A stretch of DNA of 63,444 bases, the filler included, from Bigelowiella natans CCMP2755 (taxonomy: Eukaryota > Protista > Cercozoa): the NCBI GenBank assembly GCA_000320545.1. It is 11 parts of 11 records of this genome, joined end to end, with 100 filler letters (N's around TTAATTAATTAA, not from the genome) between each part and the next. Parts side by side here need not be neighbours in the genome. Positions count along the whole stretch, not along the records: positions 47,350 to 55,314 come from ADNK01001557.1; positions 55,415 to 60,770 come from ADNK01002811.1; positions 60,871 to 61,967 come from ADNK01001171.1; positions 62,068 to 63,444 come from ADNK01001044.1; 7 more parts are not named here. One strand, written 5' to 3'. Both the position numbers and the translations under genes were made by a program. The notes under the pieces are model-generated. The model was given only the letters and a program-made list of their open reading frames with translations. It was not told the DNA's origin and made no database searches. Positions 54,312 to 63,444 of this stretch are shown here, in pieces. How positions within the stretch are numbered: position 1 is the stretch's first letter; each line of letters starts with the position of its first letter.

Positions 54312-56257
54312 TATATTATTTGATTCTCGCACATCGCTAGGGGAATAGGATCGCTGCAAGGGAGCGGTTAGGCGTTAGCGGCCAGTTTCAAAAGGCAGCA
54401 TGGGGTAAAAGAAACTGAATACACGCTTTCACATGATGATAACGATGATGACGATGATAACGAAACAGCTTGATTATCTCCAGAATCTTTAGCTCTGCTG
54501 AACATATAATCTAATTCTTCCTCACAGGATGAAAAAAAAGGGAGGGGGTTGGGTGGTGGGGGTGGGGGTAGGGAAGCGTGAGTCTACATTTTCTGCTATA
54601 ATCCCCCAGAGCGCAATTCACTTAAGTACGGCATTAACCCTAGATCGAGAGAACAAACGACGGTTTGGCAATCGTGCCCGCCGCCGGAAAATTGCAATGA
54701 TGGCATGCTTACTGTTTGAACACCTCCAGAGTGCCTGGAGAGACTCCGTGAGAACCCAGAATCCTCAAAGATGTCGATTCCTCTAGATAGGTCGCTCGTA
54801 ATCGTTTTAAGAGTCATGGACGCCACGAAAATGCACGCAACATGTGATGGACGACGCATACAACAACAAATCGATTGACGATCTCGGAGTGATAGTCATC
54901 ACCGCCAATCACGGTCTCTTCTTCTTCTTCTTCTTCTTGTTCTTTGTTTTGCTCTCTCTTGGACAGATTCACGATGAACTTTAAACTCGTGGACGACCTG
55001 GCCTTTATGTGCCTTGCCACGCAGGTCGCTGTCGCCGTTTTATTGCTATTCGTGCTCAAATGTAGGGTGCAGCAAGTGATTGAGAGCATCGTGTACATAT
55101 CCTCCGGGATGGCCTCGTTGTGTCTAAGCTGCGATGGTGATGATGAGGGTGGTGGTGGTGGTGGTGATGATGATGATGAAGAACAGGAAGTGGAAGAGGA
55201 CGTGCAGAGTCTGTTTCTCAGTAGCTGATGACTGCCCAGACCCCCTTCTCCCCCCCCCCCATGTATTTGTGAGGGCGTTCCTTTTTGACAAAATGCATGA
55301 TACGTACGGCCATCNNNNNNNNNNNNNNNNNNNNNNNNNNNNNNNNNNNNNNNNNNNNTTAATTAATTAANNNNNNNNNNNNNNNNNNNNNNNNNNNNNN
55401 NNNNNNNNNNNNNNAACAGTTATCAGTGGCCCCGCAGCCCCCCTTTTTCTCGAAGTGGCTTAAGAGTGTATCACCAATCCATTTAGTCCCCCCCCCGCCA
55501 CCCTCCCCCCCCAAAATTGTTTCATCAGAGAAATTAATTGTGTCTGGGGAAGCCTTCGGGGTCGGAATACCCACGAAAATTGTTTTTTTAATTCCCCCAC
55601 TCCGACCCCCCCGTACACGGGGTTGGGGAAAATGGGGGGGGCTTTTTGGATTTTTTTGGCCCAAAAAATTCAAAAGGCCCGTTTTTTAAAAAAAAGGTGG
55701 GTTTTTTCCCCCCCCCCCCCCCCCCCCCCCCCCCTCCCCCTTCCCCGTCGCCTGCTACACAAATCAACAGGATGCAATATGCATCAGCGATTATGCTTCT
55801 TTTACGCACAGGTTCTTGATGATAGGAGAATTGTTGCGAAATGGAGGTCGGTGGTGTTGTATCCCCCACCCCCCCCTCCCCTCCCCGTGAAGGCCCCTGT
55901 ATAGTCGCCCTCTCGTCGCATATGCACTCATGAGATTACTTGTCGCTTTCGCAGGTTAGAAGGGACGCTCATGCTACCGTGGCGGCCAAAGTTTAAGGTG
56001 GAATAGCATCATTCCAAAGAAGATAACCGGAATTTACTATTGCGTCGTCGTTGTTGTCGCTCACTCCCCACCCCCGCTGTTCCCCCCTCCCATAAAGGCC
56101 TACACAGGATGCACCCTGTACACGTTGGACGATCGGGGGCTCGTAGCTAGGTAGATAATAAGTATGGCATGTTTACTTCGATGCCGGGTTGTTTCCCAAT
56201 GAGAAACCGTGTTTAGACTTGGATGACGTCTTTCGTCAGTTTTGATATATATATTAA

Positions 56258-56301
<44 letters not shown>

Positions 56302-57897
56302 ATGCCGCTGACTGCTTTGCATTTTATTTCTCTGGATCCGAAACAAAGGCACGAGGAGAAGTGGTCAATATCAGCGCTTGACGCATTTGTGTCCACCGTC
56401 TTCCCCGAGTGGTAGCCTCTGCGCGTGTTGCGTGATGCGTGTTGTGTCGCGCGGCTTGTCGTGGAAGATTTCTTGTTTCTCCTGTGGTAGATTCCAGTAG
56501 CATAATGCCATCATCTCTCATCGTACGCAATCAGGCCTTTCGCCGCTCCGAGCGCTCCTCCATATGCAGAGCTGCTGCGCATGAAAGGGCATGGTGCCCC
56601 GGATTTTCCAGTCGTTTGACCGAATGCGACTACGACATCACCATCAGCAGACACCGATGTGCCTCTCCCCTGTAGCAGTCGAATAGAAGGGGGGGGGGGG
56701 CGGGCTCTGAATAACTCTGCGCACGTCCTCGAAGGACGGCGTGATCGAAGTTAGTTAGTTTTTCTCTGATATCTCGCCATTATTTCTTCTATGAAAGAAA
56801 AAAAGGCATTGCTCGTACGGCTCAGGTGTACGTGTTGTGGGTGCTGTTGATGCCGCTATCTAACTACATACGCAGCACATATGACGCAGACGCATTGCAG
56901 CAAGTTTAGTGCGCACGCGAGCTACACTATATGCTAGTATACATGCTAGCATCTAGAGCATGCCACGATTTTATATGGTTTCCTGCGTGTGTCTAGTGTG
57001 TGGTGATATCTCTTGCTGTTTGCTAGCGCGCGGTGTCGCCAGTGCGCACGCTAGCGCACGCTTTACACTGTGCATGGTGATAGACTTCTATCGATCTTGA
57101 ACACACTATACTAGCTAGCTAGGTAGTCTAGCGTGAAACAGAAACATGCTGGGCCTGGCATCCATTACTAGATCTAGCTAGCTAGCCACTAGTGACAAGC
57201 TAGCAAGACTTATAGTTTGCAGGGGTTTGAAAGAGATGCATCGGTAGCGATCGGCCCTCTCTAGCTCTGTTTTCATCACATCGCGGTGCACGCGCACATG
57301 GCACACTGCATCCAAACACGTGCTAATAAGTTAAATCAAATCATAACAATGACAATGACAGTGCTTTATGATGACAATAATGTGGATAGATTTCTCTGCT
57401 AGTCCTATCTGAATTAGCAGAGCTAAGTTGCAACCATACCATAGGCACAGTGGCCAGCACCATCTTTTATTCTACTAGCTAGCTAGTCTATCTAGCTATC
57501 CCTTATGCATTCGAATCCTGCAGCACTACTATCCAGGTTATAAACTAAATAATATCTGACGCCATTCCTCGTCAATAGCCGAATAGCCATGGATGGCTCG
57601 AGCCTCAAGCGATTGATGCGCACATACATGCATGCATAAGCGCCGTCGCTGCGTGGAAAATACACCGATGAAACCGGGCTCTATTCCAGCTCGACGATTG
57701 GCATGATTGACGGCTGCAGCGACTACACCGCGGCTTGCTTTCTTCGCAATTCCCTGTACCTACAAGCGCCGTTATCACCAAAGATGTCAAAAAACAAAAG
57801 AAAAGAAAAGAAGAAAACACAAATACGAGCACAAGGCGGCGAGCAGGCCTCTATAACAAGATGATAAGATTCACGGAAAAAGGGCAATGAGCTGTGG

Positions 57898-57932
<35 letters not shown>

Positions 57933-58103
57933 CTCCCTCCCCCCCTCTCCCTCTTCATTACTCCGGATGTAGCAGCGTCTTTGTCGTTTGCGGCACCTCA
58001 GGGCTGCTAAGAGCGCGTCTCAGGCAGTCCTCCCTATGTGCATGGTGGTAGAGATCCGCAAACACCGTTATTCTCGGGCAAATTAGGCAAAGCGTTATAC
58101 ATG

Positions 58104-58139
<36 letters not shown>

Positions 58140-58181
58140 TATACTATTGAAATTATAGAAATTCAATAAAATATATATACA

Positions 58182-58220
<39 letters not shown>

Positions 58221-58430
58221 CAATATCTATATACACCAACAGCGTTGTCTTGGAAGCTCGCAAATATACAAACTACTCATCGTCAAAATCCGGTTAATAA
58301 TCCGCAACCTCGCTCTGAGCCACCTCCTAGCGCCATTTCGCACCGCAGTCGTCTTTGATCCTTATTTTTTGGGAATTCATTCGTAAGATGAGCGCACAAG
58401 CGCGCACGCGCGCCAGCGTTGGCGGTTGAT

Positions 58431-58467
<37 letters not shown>

Positions 58468-59078
58468 GGCGAGATGGGAATTTTTGTTTTTTGTTCCAAA
58501 TCGATTGTTTGTGTGCGTTGTTTTTCCGATCCCCAGAATGCCCTGTCGCACTGCCGCTGCTGCTCCATACCCCTCCCATTTTCACTCTGTTAAAGTAGTT
58601 TTCACTCTGCCAAAGTAAGGGTTTCACCTAGTTCTCCGATAAAGCTTGCGCCGCTGTCCAGGCCATTACGAAGACTCCTCCCTGGATGTGGACGGAGTCA
58701 TCGCACATCTCTATCAGCTGTGTTATGGCGAGGGTGCCTTTCCTCCCCGCCCCTCCCTCCTGCTTCCCGAATGTTAGCGAAGGGATCGAAGAAAAACGGG
58801 GGGGGGGAGGGGGAGGGGGTGTGAAGGGCTTGGTTCACCGATTTGAGAGCTTTCAACTGACTGTGCCGCCGAGATTAACCCGCCGCATTTTAGAAGCCTG
58901 AACACACACATACACACACACGCACGCACAGGCGTGAACAGCAGTAAGGAGGAGGCTAGATCTTGCTTCGCTTCGCTGTATTCTTATCAACCCGAGTACA
59001 AAGCATCGGTTTACGTGAAGAAGCAAGGCTGTACGTCATTCGTCATCCTGTATCTAATCACCTCCACCCACCCCCCCA

Positions 59079-59124
<46 letters not shown>

Positions 59125-60341
59125 CAACTCAACTTACTTGAGCCCTCCGCACTTGTGTGTCACGTAGGTCGCGCGATTTCTCAGCACCGCTAATCCCTGG
59201 AAGGAACGAGGAGAGGGGGGGGGGAGGGAGGGTTAGGGAGGGGGAAAAGCAAATCATCAACCCACACATGTCCATTAATATAAATCATTTTGCTAGGTGC
59301 TAGGAGGGCGCAGGATGAGCGCTCCTACCTGACGATTGCTACACGGCTCGCACTGTGGGTAGAACCTGCAATTTGGTCAATGACAACAACACCTCAACAT
59401 CGTCGCCGCATGATGGCTTTGAAGCAAAGGAAGGTAAAGGAAAAGCGGCGTTTGGAAGGAGAAGGGAGAATGGGGAGGGGAAGGGGGGGAAGGGGCAATC
59501 AAGTGGTCGCAGGTTGTAATTTTTCATCGATCCTACCGTTGTGTCACCGCTAGATTTAGCATGTTTCTAAGAAATCTGAAAAGGGGGGGCGGGGGAGGTA
59601 TGAAACTGGCACCGTAACGATGATGATTGTCATTGCGAGCAAACCCTCTGAACACATGCACACAGCTGTCCCGCCAACGGGCTGCTCATGCATGGTAGGC
59701 GAAGATATAGCGAAGAGATAAGCGAATAGCGGCTGTCGGATATCGAGTGCTAAAGCGCAGTTGTTCCCGGCATTGGTTCTCAGGGAGGGGAAAAAAAAGA
59801 GGTCATTGGGGGCATCGTCGCATTGTTTTTGGGGATATAGCGGTCGCGCTTCGTTGCGGCTGCTATTCCTTACTCTTTCCTCGATTTGAGGACCACGGAG
59901 ACCGGGGGCATGTGGTCACCTACGGCGCGCAAAAGATGCGGGGGATGATGGCGACGATAATGACAAAGAGAGAGAACGAGTGAGATATATATATATATAT
60001 ATATATAAATATAAATATATATAAATATATATATATATATATAGCATTCACGAAATACCCTAAACAAAGAACTAGCAACCGATAAGCAAACAGCCAACAC
60101 ACGCCTCATGCTGCTTTTGATAGATATGTCTATTGTTTATAGTCGCTGCCAGAAACAACTGCCCAACCGATAAACGTCGCCGCTTTCTTGTACCCGCAGG
60201 TATGGCACCCATATTTTTGCCCGAGCCTGTTGGGGGGAGGGAAGGGGGGGGGGGAGGGGGGGCAGAAAATATCAGTCCCTGGTAAAATCGATGTATTTGA
60301 ATGTATATATAGCTCTTCCTGGCATGTAACAAATGTTATAT

Positions 60342-60381
<40 letters not shown>

Positions 60382-61029
60382 TATAATATTATGTTCAAAT
60401 CGATTACTGCGCGCAACACCATGAGAAGTGATAATGGCACGGAGGACCGATGTAACAGGACAAACACGCTTACATATCATGCATAGCACTGCAGTTAGAA
60501 ACTGCTACTCACAGCTGTAGTCGCTGCTTCGCTGTGCCTTGGATGTACTCGAGGGCTGCGTCATCACCCATCCAATTCAGAATGATAATAATTATAAAAA
60601 TATCAATAACGACGAGGGGGGGGTAGAGCAGAGAGAGAAGGGGGGGGGGGGGGGGGGGAAAGGGCCATAGAAAAAAAAAACCCCCCAAAAAAAAAAAAGA
60701 GAAAGAAAGAGAGAAAAAAAAAAAGGGGAGGGGGGGGGGAAGGGTGAAAATTTTAAAGATTAAAAAATTCNNNNNNNNNNNNNNNNNNNNNNNNNNNNNN
60801 NNNNNNNNNNNNNNTTAATTAATTAANNNNNNNNNNNNNNNNNNNNNNNNNNNNNNNNNNNNNNNNNNNNGAGGAAGCCATCGGCCTTTGATGCCGATCC
60901 CCCAAAGCCAAATCGGCTTTCATCCCCGACTTGCCCATCGTTCGATGAACTCAGATCCTTGATTCCAACTTTTTCTTGTCAAAGGTGGGACTCCAAGCTT
61001 CACACTGAGGCTCTTCCGCGTTGATCGAG

Positions 61030-61064
61030 CATTGAACATTGAACATTGAACATTGAACATTGAA
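61030..61064. repeat. (CATTGAA)5 tandem repeat
   Basis: Directly visible, inside a TpA-depleted tract. Confidence 0.9.
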
Positions 61065-63313
61065 AAAAACACTGATCAAAACTGCACGCGCCAGAACCAC
61101 ACGGAAGACAGGCACGTGCACGCAGCAGAGCCTCAACAAACACCATTGCAAGGACTTGTCGCCACAGAGTTGACACCAAAAAAAACGTGTGCAAGAACCA
61201 CGTGGAAGACACACATTGGCACGAAGCTATGACTTCAAACAAAAATCATTGAACATTTTGTCATTGAAAAATGCATTGATGCAAAAACTGCACGAGCACG
61301 AACCACATGGGAGACAAGCGCAAACACGTTGCGAGGACGTTGATCAGAGCAGTGCCCATTGCTTTCAGTGGAAACGCCATGGGATATTCAGATGCGACAT
61401 GGCATCGCCGCTATCTTTTCTAGTTTTGAGGCTTCAAACAAATTTTAAAAAAAAATATATTGCATTTGGTATGTCGTAGCATAAAAATGGATTTATTTTC
61501 AATTTTTGGCGAAAAATGACAGAAAGTGTACGAGCATTCTCACGTCTGAGCCACACGTCGTCGTCGCCGTCACCGTCACCGTCGTCTGTACGTCTCCCCC
61601 CCCTCCCCCTTCAGACGGACATGCCCACCCACAAAAATGCTGCGCCGAAAAATGATTCAGCTTCACAGAAAGCTGTTGAGCAGAAGAAAGGCGGTAGGCC
61701 TCTTTGCACCGTCAAATGAATGTTCATCCAGCAGGGGAAGGAGTGGCGAGGAAGGGGGGGGCAGAGATTTGCCCGCAGCTAGTCTGAAGGCAGGTCGAGA
61801 CGCCTCCGGCCTTTCGCGGTCATACCAGATCATCCAAGAGGACCACGATGATCTGGCGTCTGTTGATCGACAAATCTGCGAAAATAACAGAAAGGATATG
61901 ATGATGCCCTGCCGTTTGCCGTTTTCAAGCGCTCGCAGTGTCTCTCATGAAATCCCTTCGTCCATTCNNNNNNNNNNNNNNNNNNNNNNNNNNNNNNNNN
62001 NNNNNNNNNNNTTAATTAATTAANNNNNNNNNNNNNNNNNNNNNNNNNNNNNNNNNNNNNNNNNNNNGTTCTTTCTTATTTGTATTGTTATTCTACTAGG
62101 CTGTACCGAAGTACTCTACCCAAGTATCAATGAGGAGGAATATGGTGATGATGATGATGTTGATGATGATGATGATAATGATAATGTGGTGGCTTGATAC
62201 CTACGACATCGATTGTCAGTAATGGAAGTAGTATCAGTAGTAGTAGCAGCAGCAGCAGCAGCAGTAGCAGTAATGGTATTGCAAGTGTTTGGCGTTATAA
62301 ATATCCTAGACACATGTATATTGCAAGTATTTAGGTGAGCACATCAACGAAGTGTACTCATGGAAAGGGGGGGGGGGGGGGGGGGTTAATGATGATAACC
62401 GATCAAAACGTGGGATGCAATATTTCATTAGCAGCATATTATCCCGGTACACGCTTATGGCAGCATGAGGTATAGCAGCGCATTACCTGATTTTGGGTTT
62501 CCGAGCAGGGATTCTCTCTCCCCCTTTTTCCTTAGCGGAGGACCCCCCCCCCCCCCCTTGTTTGTTTTCATGGTCCTCGTCCTTGGAGGGAAATGTTAAG
62601 ATGCTTATCGTGAACGTCTTCCCCCCGCTGCTTTTGTTGTCGGGGTCCTGGAAAAAAAGGGGGGGGGGGGGGGGGAGGGAGAGAGAGAGGGAGGAAGGGC
62701 GGGAGAAGCAGTAGGAAGACGACGAAGAAGAAACAGAAGATATATATGTGTTATTATCGATGACTAGACGAATAAAAGCTGTAGTAGAGATCATCGATGT
62801 CATCATCCCCATCTCTACTACTACCACTACTACTACTACTACTACTACTGCTACAACTAATCATAATAATTATACCTTGTATGAGAAAGGAGCAATGCCA
62901 CAGATCGTGTAGTCAGTGCGAAAGGCGTGTGTAATTTTCATCACCTCCTTTTTCCCTGCGGCGGACGATTGGTTGTGTGTGAGGGGGGGGAAGCAAGTAG
63001 AGAACATACTACAACTACTACCTGATTGCTGTATCTTGCACATTTGAACACAGTCTCCCCAGCCAATGAGCATCGTCGTTGCATCGTACCTTTTCGGAGA
63101 AGAAGAAGTAGAAGAAGAATAATAAGAAGAAGGTGTAGCGAAGTGACGTCCACATTAGATTCACTACAACGATGTAGCTTAAATATCACACACATATATT
63201 ATGATAGAGAGAGGGAGGGAGAGAGAGAGAGAGAGAGAGAGGTCAATATGTGCTTGAGTAAACGTAGTATCCACATTCCTCCATCATCATGTAGTTCCTC
63301 CTCCCCTTCTTCT

Positions 63314-63347
<34 letters not shown>

Positions 63348-63444
63348 AACAAAATCGGTCGGTGTGAAACAACGCACCAGACGATGCTACAACGACAAGA
63401 CTTGCTATCCATTGCGTCGTTCGGGTTGAGCGACGAAACTATGT

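Noticed and set aside
54500-63444. Scattered exon-like segments
   Set aside because: No recognisable domain or reliable gene model, and the sequence near gaps is low quality.

Overview
Eukaryotic (probably protist) draft scaffold. It has dense, short GT-AG introns full of microsatellites and ten artificial 100-nt gap linkers (N44-TTAATTAATTAA-N44). Recognisable host genes: a WD40 protein, a Cid1/Trf4-type nucleotidyltransferase, a PhyH-like dioxygenase, an intronless class 3 lipase, a possible CAP-D3-like HEAT protein, an NSUN/RsmB m5C methyltransferase, a TraB-domain protein, a small mitochondrial protein, the TRAP1 3' end, a possible TBC protein, a possible ATP-grasp protein and an intronless triosephosphate isomerase. 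The standout is ~36.8-44.0 kb: an intron-free, AT-rich endogenous Polinton-like/virophage-like element (fibre-like ORFs, family B DNA polymerase, D5-like helicase remnant, YREANKEK-repeat zinc-finger ORF) with a 5'-truncated kinase-kelch gene inserted in it. The element has been hypermutated on both strands at TpA dinucleotides (TpA->TpG or CpA, i.e. A:T->G:C), the reverse of fungal RIP. Conserved Tyr became Cys/His, inferred TAA/TAG stops became TGA/CAG, promoter-like motifs were recoded, and all differences between two tandem copies are TA vs TG/CA. This suggests a TpA-directed, adenine-targeting genome defence process. A second TpA-depleted tract lies at ~60.9-61.4 kb. All counts are by eye and exon boundaries are approximate.
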